Below, piece after piece: positions 18,897 through 29,412 of a stretch of DNA of 64,000 bases (positions within the stretch are counted from its first letter, which is position 1; each line of letters starts with the position of its first letter). Source of the stretch: Rubripirellula sp. Its GTDB lineage: Bacteria; Planctomycetota; Planctomycetia; Pirellulales; Pirellulaceae. The notes under the pieces are model-generated. The model made no database searches. It was not told the DNA's origin and saw only the letters and a program-made list of their open reading frames with translations. The stretch spans positions 2,208,001 to 2,272,000 of the forward strand of contig OZ244207.1 of the NCBI GenBank assembly GCA_965216875.1, in the 5' to 3' direction. A program made the translations under genes and the position numbers.

Positions 18897-20417
18897 ATGG
18901 CAGTCGACCAAACACTTTTTGACGCAACATGCCAACATGCTCGCCAAGCCATGTTGCTCCACTCCGCCGCCGACACGCTCGAATGGGACGAGCGTACCGG
19001 GATGCCCATTGCCGCGGGTGATTATCGCGCCGAACAGGTTTCAATCCTTCGCGCTCAAACGCACAAACTGCGTACCGAGGCCAAATTTGGCGAGCATCTC
19101 GCTCAACTGTCCGAACAAATTGGCGACGAGGACCCGAGTGAAGATGTGGCCAGCACCGTTCGCGAGCTAAGACGCGATTTCGAGCGAAACTCGAAACTCC
19201 CAACGGAACTGGTTGAACGGATCTCGAAAGCAACAGTCGTGGGGCAACAGACTTGGGACGCAGCGCGCCAGGCCGACGATTTCTCTCAATTTCGTGACTG
19301 CCTCGCTCAGATCATCGAACTCAAACGCGAAGAGGGCGAGCGACTTGCCGAGGGGACTGAGCTTTCCACCTACGATGCCCTGCTTGATGAATATGAACCT
19401 GGCGCGCGTGCGGATGAACTGCAAGTCGTGTTCGATGACTTGCGTAAGCCGCTGGTCGATTTGATCAATCGCATCGCTGAGTCTCCGGTCGAAATCGACA
19501 CGTCCCTTTTGACCAAGGTCTTTGGCATCGATGAACAACGCGACTTCAGCCACCAGGTTGCCGATGCCATCGGTTTTGATTTTGAACGAGGCCGCCTCGA
19601 CGAAACATCCCATCCTTTCTGTACGACGCTTGGGCCGGACGATTGCCGCATCCTGACGCGGTTCGATCCCCATTGGTTGCCAGCAGGATTGTTCGGAACG
19701 ATGCACGAAGCTGGACACGGGATGTACGAACAGGGGTTGCGTCGCGAATGGTTCGGCTTGCCACCGGGAAGCTTCGCATCACTCGGTGTCCACGAATCTC
19801 AATCGCGACTCTGGGAGAACCAGGTTGGCCGAAGCAAGCCATTCTGGGATTGGCTTTTCCTCGACGCCCAACACCAATTCGCACCGCAATTGCAAGGTGT
19901 GACGCCGGAGACTTTCTACGCGGCGGTGAATTCCGTCACACCGAGTTTGATTCGCGTCGAAGCGGACGAGGCGACTTACAACTTGCACATCATCATTCGT
20001 TTCGATTTGGAACAACAACTGATCTCAGGGAGCCTCGGTGTTGATGAGTTGCCGGATGCCTGGCACGCGCGCTACGAAAGCGACCTCGGCGTGCGAGCCC
20101 CTTCGGATGCAGACGGCGTTCTTCAGGATGTGCACTGGAGCGCTGGCCTGTTCGGCTACTTCCCGACCTACACGCTCGGAAACCTGATCGGCGCCCAGCT
20201 CTTTGATGCTGCGTCCGAACGCATTGGAGACCTCGAGACACTGATCGGGCAAGGTGAGTTCAGACCATTGCTCGATTGGCTTCGCACTCATGTGCATTAC
20301 TACGGCCAGAACTTGGGAACGAAGGGACTTGTCGAGCACGCCACCGGGAAACCGCTGTCCGCCGATCATTTGATCAATTACCTCAAGGCAAAACTCGAAC
20401 CGCTCTACAAGCTGTAG
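18897..20417 (+). CDS. Carboxypeptidase Taq (M32 family)
   Basis: LEWD, YDALLDEYEPG, HPFC, HEAGH..YEQ, HESQSRLWEN, IRVEADE, GVLQDVHW and GYFPTYTLG. Confidence 0.95.
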   Translation: MAVDQTLFDATCQHARQAMLLHSAADTLEWDERTGMPIAAGDYRAEQVSILRAQTHKLRTEAKFGEHLAQLSEQIGDEDPSEDVASTVRELRRDFERNSKLPTELVERISKATVVGQQTWDAARQADDFSQFRDCLAQIIELKREEGERLAEGTELSTYDALLDEYEPGARADELQVVFDDLRKPLVDLINRIAESPVEIDTSLLTKVFGIDEQRDFSHQVADAIGFDFERGRLDETSHPFCTTLGPDDCRILTRFDPHWLPAGLFGTMHEAGHGMYEQGLRREWFGLPPGSFASLGVHESQSRLWENQVGRSKPFWDWLFLDAQHQFAPQLQGVTPETFYAAVNSVTPSLIRVEADEATYNLHIIIRFDLEQQLISGSLGVDELPDAWHARYESDLGVRAPSDADGVLQDVHWSAGLFGYFPTYTLGNLIGAQLFDAASERIGDLETLIGQGEFRPLLDWLRTHVHYYGQNLGTKGLVEHATGKPLSADHLINYLKAKLEPLYKL

Positions 20418-20850
20418 AGGTATTCCGTGAGCTATGATGGGGCAGGGCCGCTCGACGCTCGCCAGAGCTTGGGGGTTTCAAAAAAACGCCCAGCCGATTC
20501 GGACCCACCTTCTGGCGAAAGGTAACTACCGATTGCCGCTGAATTGGGAACGCTTGGCCGCCTTGGTTCCCCCCAATTGATGCCCGATTCACATCAGCGA
20601 ATCGATCCCCTGGCCGATTCCTTGTGTGCTCAAACACTGGGCCGATTCCGGTTACAATCTGGGCAGTTCCGGAAATCGGCTGCAATCCCGTTTCATTGCT
20701 GTCGAGCCCGTCGAACCAAGCCTAATGGACGCGTATCCAACCGATATTCGGTTGTGCCCCAGCGCCAAGCCGAATTGAAAGCCACCTGGTGAGCCCATCG
20801 TGAGTGGCCGTGGGACGCGGTTTAGGACGACTTATCTTCGAAGGACTGCC

Positions 20851-22848
20851 ATGATTGTTGCCAATTGCCCGCGATGCGATGAATCGTTTCGACTCCCCTC
20901 AGGGCAGTTGCCGGACGACGCGTTTGCACACTGCCCCTGGTGCCGCGAGTCGTTTCCGCTCTCGGATGTCATCAGCCGCTTGCCACCGATCTTGGAGATC
21001 ACCGGTGCCGACGGCCAACCGCTTGCGCTTCAGCCGGAGGCCGAATTGGTGGCTACCGGTGCGGCCGTGAGCACGACAGCAGATACCGTAGTGTCGCCTT
21101 TGCCGGCCGACACCGAAGACATCTCGGGGTTATCGATTGACGAAGAAATCGATCCGTCATCAATCAAGACGGTCACCGACGAGACCATTCATGAGTCTTG
21201 GAACGAGACCGCATCAACCACTGGAAATGACGCCGCTGACTTTGACGTCGAAGATCCCAACGACACTTGGGAACCGAACACATCGCAAAATGCTGCACCC
21301 GACGCGGCCGCTGATCCCATCGCGCCGATGCACGTCACGCCAGCACCAACGCCGCAGCTGAGAAACAAAAAGAAGGGCTCGAGCTTTCGCACCTTACTCA
21401 GCATTGTGCTGGGCGGTTTGGCGGCAGGTCCGCTTGCCGTTGCCTTGCTTTACATCCTCACACTCTTTGGAGTGCACGTCGATCTCGGTTTCTGGCCGCT
21501 CGACGGAAGCAACACCAGCAGCACGGGTCAACAACGCGCCGCGGCGACTCCGGTCGACCTTGCCAACCGACAACCACTCGCCCCGCCACCTGCGCCTTCT
21601 CCAGGGCGGTCCCTTACCGAAGGGACGGACTTCGACGCGCAGGATGATACCGCCGAGGCAGCGGAAACCGCAGCACTCAATGCGATCCTTCAAGGCGGAT
21701 CGACGGAGCAAGTCGATGGGGCAGCAGACCTCACCGAGAATGAAACGGAAGATCAAAACCTCCTTGCCTCCGACCCGATTGACGACGCGTCCCAACCCGA
21801 CCTCGTACCGCCACTTAATGACGATGACGCGCAAATCACAGCAGCAGCGGCCCCCAAAGAAGACCCGTTGCAAGCCGGTGATGTGATCGATGACCTGTTG
21901 AATGAAGAACCCGTCATCGAGATGCCCGAGAATCTTGTCGACGATGCTTCGGAAGCTAGTCCAAAGATCGCGATCCCCGAAAGCAGTGAAATTCATTCTC
22001 TGGCGAGTAACCCTCAGCCGCTTTCGGATGACAAACCAACACCCGATGTTGCTGAAGACGATCCCGAGTTGATCCTCCCGACCAACCCCAAAACGGTCGA
22101 CTTGCTCAACCCTGAAGTTGCGACCGAACCACCGACCAAGCTCGAACTGCCTGAAACGGGAAACATTGAAGTCGTTGACATCGGAAGCGACACCACTGAA
22201 GTCGCTCAGCCGGAAATCGACGCTTCGGAGGGGACCGAATCGACCGAGCCAGCAAAAGACATTGAAATGCCATTGGTCGAGGACGCCGCGCAACCCAGCC
22301 TTGACCCCGAACCGTTACCCAACGAGGCAGCCGAGGTCGTCTCGAAGGTCGACGCGCCGATCGAAAACGGCTTGCGGATGGAGACGGAACCGGCCGAACC
22401 GGAACCCATCAAAGAAGCTCCTGAGTTGATTGCGGCAACCAAAACCGCCATCGAAAAACTCGATGCAATGTCGTCCTATGATCGCTCGGATACGGCCCAA
22501 CAAGGACAACTCGCACGAACCTACCTCGCGGTGGCCGAGGCCGCTGCGGAAGTCGAGGGCAACAGCAAGTCGGCTCGACAGCTTCTAGACAAGCTGAAAA
22601 CATCACCGCTGCTACCGCATTTGACCAACGCAGTACCAAGCTGGCTGAACTATTCGAGCCGACCGACCGACGGTGTCCTCGCGATCGGAGATGTGCAGGA
22701 AGGGAAGATGGTGGTTGCCGACGGTACTTCGATCGCCGTCTCAGGCGCAGAACTTCCTCCAGGCGACAAACTCATTGCGCTCGGCCGGATTGTGGAATCG
22801 GGCGACCAGAAGACGATCGAAATCGCGGTCGCAGACGTGGTCGAGTAA
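20851..22848 (+). CDS. Zinc-ribbon, single-TM, very acidic low-complexity protein
   Basis: N-terminal CPRC…CPWC, one TM segment after KKKG, a long D/E/P-rich tract and a folded C-terminal domain. ATG 20851 follows AAGGA. Confidence 0.75.
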   Translation: MIVANCPRCDESFRLPSGQLPDDAFAHCPWCRESFPLSDVISRLPPILEITGADGQPLALQPEAELVATGAAVSTTADTVVSPLPADTEDISGLSIDEEIDPSSIKTVTDETIHESWNETASTTGNDAADFDVEDPNDTWEPNTSQNAAPDAAADPIAPMHVTPAPTPQLRNKKKGSSFRTLLSIVLGGLAAGPLAVALLYILTLFGVHVDLGFWPLDGSNTSSTGQQRAAATPVDLANRQPLAPPPAPSPGRSLTEGTDFDAQDDTAEAAETAALNAILQGGSTEQVDGAADLTENETEDQNLLASDPIDDASQPDLVPPLNDDDAQITAAAAPKEDPLQAGDVIDDLLNEEPVIEMPENLVDDASEASPKIAIPESSEIHSLASNPQPLSDDKPTPDVAEDDPELILPTNPKTVDLLNPEVATEPPTKLELPETGNIEVVDIGSDTTEVAQPEIDASEGTESTEPAKDIEMPLVEDAAQPSLDPEPLPNEAAEVVSKVDAPIENGLRMETEPAEPEPIKEAPELIAATKTAIEKLDAMSSYDRSDTAQQGQLARTYLAVAEAAAEVEGNSKSARQLLDKLKTSPLLPHLTNAVPSWLNYSSRPTDGVLAIGDVQEGKMVVADGTSIAVSGAELPPGDKLIALGRIVESGDQKTIEIAVADVVE

Positions 22849-22896
22849 ACGTCTAAACTCTGCCGCGTTGACGAGCATGAACCGAATGGGTGCAAG

Positions 22897-23652
22897 ATGA
22901 AGCAGCTCTTGGGGCTATTGTGTGTCCTTTCGGTCTCTTCGGCGGTTGAAGCACAACAGACGGCATCGCTGTCGATGCGTTTTCTTTTGGACAACGCCCC
23001 ACCGCCGACCGAAGCCATCGACGGCTCTCCCGACTTCTCACCCGAACGTATCGCAATTCCTGACGAACGTTTGATTGTGGATGCGGAGACAAAGGCAATC
23101 GGAAATGTGATTGTCTATCTCGAAGCACGAAACAAGGGGGACAAGCCCAAACAATCACCCTATCAGCCGCAGACGCACACGATCACCACTGCCGAGGGAC
23201 GGTTCGCTCCACGAGTCTCCATCGTTCGCGCGGGTGACACGCTCGAGTTTGCTTCCGGTGACGCTGTCCAATACGCGCCTGCAGTCGCACTCTTTCGATC
23301 ACCGCCTCAAGGTACAGCCTTGCCACCGAATCGGATCGTGATCTCTCAACCCGAACCGGCCCCCGTTCCGATCACGTGTCACATTCACAAATGGATGCGG
23401 GCCTACGTCCTCGTGCTCGATCATTCATTTGCACAATCGTCCGACCTTGACGGTCGTATTGAGATCGCTGGCTTGCCTGCGATGACCACGGTGTCGATGC
23501 GAGTCTTTCACGAGCAACTGGAATTTGACAAAGTCATGATCGGCGGAAAGGAAACGCGGTGGCAAAGGGGCCGCTTCGATTTGCATCTCGAGCCCGGAGA
23601 AAACGCGTTGGGCGACATCATCGTTCCACTCGCGTCGGCAGCACACCAATAG
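22897..23652 (+). CDS. Secreted cupredoxin-like / carboxypeptidase-regulatory-like domain protein
   Basis: Signal peptide, NVIVYL, F.PRVSIV..GDTL.F, CHIHKWM (C-x2-H-x2-M) and DGRIEIAGLP. Confidence 0.7.
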   Translation: MKQLLGLLCVLSVSSAVEAQQTASLSMRFLLDNAPPPTEAIDGSPDFSPERIAIPDERLIVDAETKAIGNVIVYLEARNKGDKPKQSPYQPQTHTITTAEGRFAPRVSIVRAGDTLEFASGDAVQYAPAVALFRSPPQGTALPPNRIVISQPEPAPVPITCHIHKWMRAYVLVLDHSFAQSSDLDGRIEIAGLPAMTTVSMRVFHEQLEFDKVMIGGKETRWQRGRFDLHLEPGENALGDIIVPLASAAHQ

Positions 23653-23739
23653 AACGTCTGTACCGAGTTACGCATGAGAAAATCAGCGAGCAAACCGCTC
23701 GTGCTAAAATGAAGACTCACCTTCGCACAATCCGAGGGC

Positions 23740-24261
23740 ATGATGGTTGCGACCCAAACACTTGATCCGCTAGTCGCCATTAAGCACGAATCGGATTGCG
23801 ACGTCCACTCGGTGGTGGAATTCCTAATTCTCCATTCACTCCATCATGGTGCTAATCGTCTGGAATTCCGAACGATCGAAGGTGAATTTCGTGTTGCACA
23901 ACTGTTCGACGAAGGAGTTTCCGAATGGCCGGAGCCAACAGAAGACCTGCGACAGCGAATCATTGACTCGCTACGAGCGTTCTTTTCAATGAATGAGGGA
24001 CAAAGGGAACGTGAGCAAGTCCTACGTGTCGGCGAGTCAACTGGCCCGGTCGCATGCCGAATCACAAAGGACGATTCAGACGCGATCCTTGAGTTCACCG
24101 AACCGCTTCAGCCTGCAATCGACTTGCAACCTGTTCTTGCTGAATACTGGCGTGCAAGAGCTGCAAAGCAAGGGAGACTCTCGTTGATCCGACACCATAT
24201 GCAACACATGTGGTGGGATATCGAAGATTGGTTCAAGAGCGTGCTTAGTCAGAAGCGTTGA
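23740..24261 (+). CDS. Hypothetical protein resembling the N2 domain of GspE/PilB ATPases
   Basis: VVEFLILHSLHHGANRLEF… resembles 'LVN.IL..A…GASDIHIE', but there is no Walker motif. An extended -10-like TGCTAAAAT lies at 23702-23710. Confidence 0.5.
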   Translation: MMVATQTLDPLVAIKHESDCDVHSVVEFLILHSLHHGANRLEFRTIEGEFRVAQLFDEGVSEWPEPTEDLRQRIIDSLRAFFSMNEGQREREQVLRVGESTGPVACRITKDDSDAILEFTEPLQPAIDLQPVLAEYWRARAAKQGRLSLIRHHMQHMWWDIEDWFKSVLSQKR

Positions 24262-24333
24262 TCAAGCGGCACCTCAGAACGTAGAACGCGATTCCGGCCG
24301 AGCACCCCGTATCCACACCATGATGCTCATCAC

Positions 24334-25014
24334 ATGAAGTACGGATTCGCATTTACACTTCTGGCCGCTTTGCTGGCGATCTATGCGGCACGCCAAGGAG
24401 ATTGGTTCTGGCTTCTCCTGTGGCCCTCCTTTTCGTTCGCGTTGGTGGGTGCAGCCTATCTTGGATTTGGCACGACGATCTTCGGCAAGCAACCAACCGG
24501 CTTGCTCTCACCAACACGCACGCTCATGCTCGCTCCGTTCCACGTTTACGTGATCCTTGTGTGGCATGCCGTGCGCCACCTTTCGCGTGAACCGGCTTGG
24601 AACCGACTCACCGAATCGCTTTACATTGGCCGACGCCTCCTTTCAAACGAGCGCGCCGAAGAATTCGACCACATCGTCGACTTGACGTGCGAATTCAACG
24701 AACCCGCCGCCATGCGCGAATCGGGGTACATCAGCTTCCCGACGCTAGACGGTCACACTCCTTCGAGAGAAGAACTGCTGAGGCGCGTCTCTCTCGTCGC
24801 TGATCTCGAAGGCACTGTCTACATTCACTGTGCTCAAGGGCACGGACGAACTGCAACATTGGCCGTTGCGTACTTGTTGCACGAAAAGAACGCCAGCTCA
24901 GTTGATGACGCGGTTGACTTTCTACTTCAGAGGCGACCGGCAGCTCACCTGAACCGAGCGCAACGAAAACTGCTCGACGATGTCTATGGTGCAATCGAAG
25001 ACTCGGACGTTTAG
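24334..25014 (+). CDS. Membrane-anchored dual-specificity phosphatase (YnbD C-terminal-like)
   Basis: HCAQGHGRT (CX5R), IVDLTCEF and N-terminal TM segments. Confidence 0.88.
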   Translation: MKYGFAFTLLAALLAIYAARQGDWFWLLLWPSFSFALVGAAYLGFGTTIFGKQPTGLLSPTRTLMLAPFHVYVILVWHAVRHLSREPAWNRLTESLYIGRRLLSNERAEEFDHIVDLTCEFNEPAAMRESGYISFPTLDGHTPSREELLRRVSLVADLEGTVYIHCAQGHGRTATLAVAYLLHEKNASSVDDAVDFLLQRRPAAHLNRAQRKLLDDVYGAIEDSDV

Positions 25015-25040
25015 CGTCATGCACAGCATGACCTACTGCT

Positions 25041-26207
25041 TTACTGAACGTTCCACGTTTGCGTTAGTTCGCGATCTTCGATGCTGCCTGAACCGCGGAG
25101 CCAATAGAGCGGAATCTGACAGAACGCCGTTTCATACTCGCCGAAGAAGATCGTGTCCAACTTGACCTGCGTGTCGATGTGAAGCGTGATGAAGTTGCCA
25201 GGGTCATTGCCGAAGTACTGCAACCTTTGCTCTGTCCGGTCGTGAAGAATTGCCGAGGACACATCGACGGGGACCCAACCAACGCCCTGGGCGTAGAATT
25301 CGGCGATCACGTGGTACTTGTGATAGGGTTGTCCGTCGACCGTTTCGTTCTCTTGCGCTGACTCAGCCCAGCGTCCCACCAACGTCCGCGCGGGAATCCC
25401 CTCGCTTCGCATCGCGGTCACAAAGAGTGTCGAGAGCCCACCGCAATCGGTGCGGTTGGTTTTGATCAACTCGGTCGCACTGCGATTCTGGCCTGGCACG
25501 TAATGGTATCCGTAGGTCGTCACGAGCGTTCCAAACACCCGTTGGCCAAACTTGATTTCACCTTCCCGTTTCTGACGAGTCAGATCGGACTTCGATTTCC
25601 ACTGCTGAAATCCTGGCTCGGTGTAGTCGGTATCGACTGCTGGACGCAGGTACAGTTGCTTGTCCTCCTCTTTTAAAGGAGCTGCAGCCGCCTTGCCGCG
25701 TGCATTGCGGCCGAAAGCGAGCTTTCGGTTGTAGATTTGAAATGCATAGTTGCACTGAAACTTGCCAACGTGCGCGTCGTCGGACCAGCGCAATTCGACG
25801 CGACTGCGTTGGATCTCTCGCCGCATCTCGGTGAGGTCCACGATCGTGTCTGAATTGGGCACCGTTTCGGTCAATAGAACGTCTTGCCCATCCGTCTGCG
25901 GCGGTTTGGGCATAGCAAACACCCATGCCTTGGTCTCAAACGACGGTACGTTGACCATGATCCCAAGTTGGGCGAGCGTCTTCTTATGCTTGCTCCGCTT
26001 TATGCCAAATCCCCGATTGAGATTGGCGGGGACCCTCGGCAATGCCCTGATCGCCGCGATTTGATGGTCGGTCAGTCGCCGTGCCGATTGCAGATCTTGC
26101 GCATTCGTTCGGTTACCGGACGGCGCACAGAATGCTGATCCGAAAACCAGCATTAGGGTTGCGAGAATCACTCTCTGACAACCGATCAATCTGAAAGCGG
26201 GGCGCAT
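25041..26207 (-). CDS. Secreted transglutaminase-like domain protein
   Basis: TDCGGLS…RSEGIPAR…G, YHVIAEFY..GVGWVPVD (Cys-His-Asp triad) and a signal-like N-terminus. Confidence 0.85.
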   Translation of the reverse strand: MRPAFRLIGCQRVILATLMLVFGSAFCAPSGNRTNAQDLQSARRLTDHQIAAIRALPRVPANLNRGFGIKRSKHKKTLAQLGIMVNVPSFETKAWVFAMPKPPQTDGQDVLLTETVPNSDTIVDLTEMRREIQRSRVELRWSDDAHVGKFQCNYAFQIYNRKLAFGRNARGKAAAAPLKEEDKQLYLRPAVDTDYTEPGFQQWKSKSDLTRQKREGEIKFGQRVFGTLVTTYGYHYVPGQNRSATELIKTNRTDCGGLSTLFVTAMRSEGIPARTLVGRWAESAQENETVDGQPYHKYHVIAEFYAQGVGWVPVDVSSAILHDRTEQRLQYFGNDPGNFITLHIDTQVKLDTIFFGEYETAFCQIPLYWLRGSGSIEDRELTQTWNVQ

Positions 26208-26277
26208 CGTCGATGGACCTGGAGGTTGGGAATCGTCTATCTTTTCCAATCAGCCAGCATTTTACTTGACCAGATCA

Positions 26278-29200
26278 ATGCGCAGGATGTTGAACCTCGT
26301 CAAATCCGTTCCGTGGTACCGCACCAGCGTTGCTTCCACTCTCGCGCTGCTGATCCTCGTTGGCTGTGGAGGCAAAGAGGATAACGAGGTTGGTCAGTCG
26401 CCTTCGCCAGCGAAGCTTGATTCGGGCGCGGCACGCGACCCTCTCACGACAATCCGAACTCACGTAGCCTCGGGTGATCTCGAACAAGCAGCGCGGCGCG
26501 TCCGTGGCCACCTCGTCACGCATCCCGAAGACATTGAAGCCGTGATGTTGGCTGCCGAGATCGAGGTCGCTCGAACTCAATACAGTGCCGCGGCGGACCT
26601 TTATGCCTCGGTTCCCTTGGACCATCCCCATCATGGAACGACCGCGGCCCTGGCGTGCGTTCGACAGCTGGTTGCCGGTGACAGACTTTGGGATGCCAGG
26701 ACTCACGCTGACGCGGCCATCGACAAGCTGCCTAACATGACAGATTTGCGGTACGCTCGGTTTGACGCGTTGATGCACTTGGGAATGATCCGCAGCGCCG
26801 CAGCCGACGTCGACTTCATCGCGACGCGCGACATGCTCAACCGCGAAAAGCTCGAGTTGTTGGTGGGCCGCAGCCGAGTGCTGACGATGAATCATCCTGA
26901 ACTAGTCGACGCCGAAACGGGCGAAACGCTTCCGCTCGTCGCCGCATTGACGTTGGCGGTTGCACAAGCAAATCAACGGGACTACGAAAAGGCAATCACC
27001 GCTCTGAACAAAGAAAGGGAAGGGCAGTTCTCGTCATTCGAATCGGCTGGGCTCTTCGGACGCTTGCTCGTTCGCGCTGAGCGATTCGAAGAAATGGCCG
27101 AATGGCACGCGCGATGCCCCAAGGACATCGGAAAATCATCGGACTACTGGGTGGCACTCGGGGGACTTTTCAAGCGAAACCAAATCCATCTTGCCGCAGT
27201 AGGAGCGTTGCTTCGCGCGATCGCTCTGGATAACAATGACGAACAATCCTATCGATGGCTTTCCGAATCCCTCGCTGCGCTGGGCCATGATGACGCAGCA
27301 GCTCAAGCCTTGTACCGCTCTGAGAATCTCGAGAAATTCAACAACGCGTTTTCTCGATACCTCCGTAACCAAGACCATGCGGGATTTCAAAAAGAGGTCG
27401 CGCAACGTTTACGACTGCTGAACCGCCCTATCGAAGCTTGGCATTGGGATGCGGCGTTCGCTGGCAAACCCGCACAACGAGATGATCTCCTTCAACTGGT
27501 CGCAAAGGTGAGCCAGCGACGTGAGGACCCTCTGCTTGGCCTTTCCCTTGCCGACTTCCCCTACGAGGACAAGCTCGCAAGCACGCTCGGCGCGATCGCA
27601 GCCTCCTCGCAAACGGTTCGCCCCAAACATCCGGGGGTCACCGCCGAACCGGTCTTGAAAGATGTCGCGGCGCAAGTGGGACTCGACTTTTGGTATCACA
27701 ACCGCAGTGAACTCAATTTCGACTACGTTCAACTTCATGAGTCACTCGGGGGCGGCATTGGCATCCTTGATTTTGATCGCGACGGTTGGCCTGACCTCTA
27801 CCTTGCCCAAGGCTCCGCCGACCCACCCGATTTCATCGGGACCAAAAGCAATGTCTTGCTGCGAAACCTTGACGGTCGATTCATCGAAGCAACCAACAAG
27901 GCGGGAACGGCGAACCATGACTATTCGCTTGGCGTTGCAGTCGGGGACATCAACCAAGACGGTTTCCCGGATATCTACGTCGGGAACCTTGGAACGAATC
28001 AGTTGCTCATCAACAACGGTGATGGCACCTTTTCCGACGCAAGTGACCGCTTGCATGATCGATCTGGCAACATCGACCGTTCCGCGTTCTTTTCGTCATC
28101 CGTCGCGATCGCCGACATCGACGGAGATGGCGTGGTAGACCTTTTTGAAGGGAACTACATCGATTGCTCAGACACCTACGACGTGCCGAAAACGAGCGGC
28201 GGCGTGGGTCTACCCGAACCTTCACCGCTGTCACATCCAGCTCAACCCGATCGCATTTTTCGCGGCACGCGTGATGGTCGATTCATCGAATTCGTCGTCG
28301 ACTCGTCGATCACCAAGGCGGGATCGACGCTCGGAGTCGTCGTCAGCCAGTTCGACCGAAGCGGTCGCAACAAGGTCTTTATCGGCAACGACGTGCGTCC
28401 CAACCATTACCTCGGTTTCGCCGGCGGAAAGTTCGTCAATCTTTCGGCGGTCAAGGGAAACGCCAATGGCAGCGACGGTTCGCCAAAGGGTTGTATGGGC
28501 ATTGCGACAGGCGACTTTGATCGCGACGGGCGTCTCGATTTGCAAATTGCAAATTTCGAAAACGAATCAGCGAACCTCTATCTACAAAACCTCGATGGCG
28601 GTTTTCGAGATGTTGCGGCGCGATACGGACTCGACCAGCTGACGCGACCGATGGTCGGATTCGGAACCAAGGCACACGATTTTGACCGCAACGGTTGGCT
28701 CGACTTCATCATCACCAACGGCCATATCTTTGACCACAACGATCATCAGCGTCCCTTCCGAATGCCTCCGCAAGTGCTGATGAGCCGAGCCGACCAACGA
28801 GCAGGCCACGCCGGTGATTTCGGCGGCTACGAATCGGTTGCTCTGCAAGGCAACCCCTACTTCGATGGAACGTATCTAGGACGCACCATTGCGAAGATCG
28901 ATTTTGATCGCGACGGATCGATCGATTTTGTCGTCAATCACTTGGATCGAAAAGTCGCGCTGTTGAAAAACGAAACGAGCACCACAGGCAACTGGGTCCA
29001 GCTCGAACTGGTTGGAACGGAGAGCCCGGTGGATGTAACCGGCGCACAGGTTACCGTCGTCTGTAACGGCGAGGAGTTTCATGAATGGGTGACCGCTGGT
29101 GACGGCTACCTGTGCAGTGACCAGCCGCTCATCGATGTTGGACTCGGCGAGTATGACGAGATTGATCGAGTCGACGTGGCGTGGCCCAACGGGAAAGTGC

Positions 29201-29286
29201 AATCCTTCGACGCGATCAAAGTCGGCACGAGGGTCCTGCTGGTCGAAGGTGACGACGAAGCGTTTGAGCGCACGCTCAGTCCCTGA
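26278..29286 (+). CDS. TPR + FG-GAP repeat + ASPIC/UnbV (CRTAC1-family) lipoprotein
   Basis: Lipobox LVGC, a helical repeat region, repeated DFDRDG/DINQDG.PD motifs and C-terminal GDGYLCSD…VGLG…V.WPNG. Confidence 0.9.
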   Translation: MRRMLNLVKSVPWYRTSVASTLALLILVGCGGKEDNEVGQSPSPAKLDSGAARDPLTTIRTHVASGDLEQAARRVRGHLVTHPEDIEAVMLAAEIEVARTQYSAAADLYASVPLDHPHHGTTAALACVRQLVAGDRLWDARTHADAAIDKLPNMTDLRYARFDALMHLGMIRSAAADVDFIATRDMLNREKLELLVGRSRVLTMNHPELVDAETGETLPLVAALTLAVAQANQRDYEKAITALNKEREGQFSSFESAGLFGRLLVRAERFEEMAEWHARCPKDIGKSSDYWVALGGLFKRNQIHLAAVGALLRAIALDNNDEQSYRWLSESLAALGHDDAAAQALYRSENLEKFNNAFSRYLRNQDHAGFQKEVAQRLRLLNRPIEAWHWDAAFAGKPAQRDDLLQLVAKVSQRREDPLLGLSLADFPYEDKLASTLGAIAASSQTVRPKHPGVTAEPVLKDVAAQVGLDFWYHNRSELNFDYVQLHESLGGGIGILDFDRDGWPDLYLAQGSADPPDFIGTKSNVLLRNLDGRFIEATNKAGTANHDYSLGVAVGDINQDGFPDIYVGNLGTNQLLINNGDGTFSDASDRLHDRSGNIDRSAFFSSSVAIADIDGDGVVDLFEGNYIDCSDTYDVPKTSGGVGLPEPSPLSHPAQPDRIFRGTRDGRFIEFVVDSSITKAGSTLGVVVSQFDRSGRNKVFIGNDVRPNHYLGFAGGKFVNLSAVKGNANGSDGSPKGCMGIATGDFDRDGRLDLQIANFENESANLYLQNLDGGFRDVAARYGLDQLTRPMVGFGTKAHDFDRNGWLDFIITNGHIFDHNDHQRPFRMPPQVLMSRADQRAGHAGDFGGYESVALQGNPYFDGTYLGRTIAKIDFDRDGSIDFVVNHLDRKVALLKNETSTTGNWVQLELVGTESPVDVTGAQVTVVCNGEEFHEWVTAGDGYLCSDQPLIDVGLGEYDEIDRVDVAWPNGKVQSFDAIKVGTRVLLVEGDDEAFERTLSP

Positions 29287-29297
29287 CTGGATCCTCG

Positions 29298-29390
29298 GTC
29301 GCCTTTCGCTCCGCGAAAGTTGCGTCCGTTCTTAGTACCGCCTACAGGCGGAAAGCCGCCGCAAGGGCTCGAGGCCTCACGGCCGGCGGC
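29298..29390. repeat. Mosaic of REP-like family D, family G and a further hairpin
   Basis: D arm at 29298-29320, TAGTACCGCCTACAGGCGGA at 29333-29352, then agccgcc…ggcggct. Lies between convergent genes. Confidence 0.75.
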
Positions 29391-29412
29391 TGGGCACTGC
29401 TTGAAGTGCCGC

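Noticed and set aside
20418..20850. Structured RNA in the 430-bp gap after the M32 gene
   Set aside because: I found no tRNA, tmRNA, RNase P or riboswitch consensus and no convincing long stem by eye. An Rfam scan would be needed.
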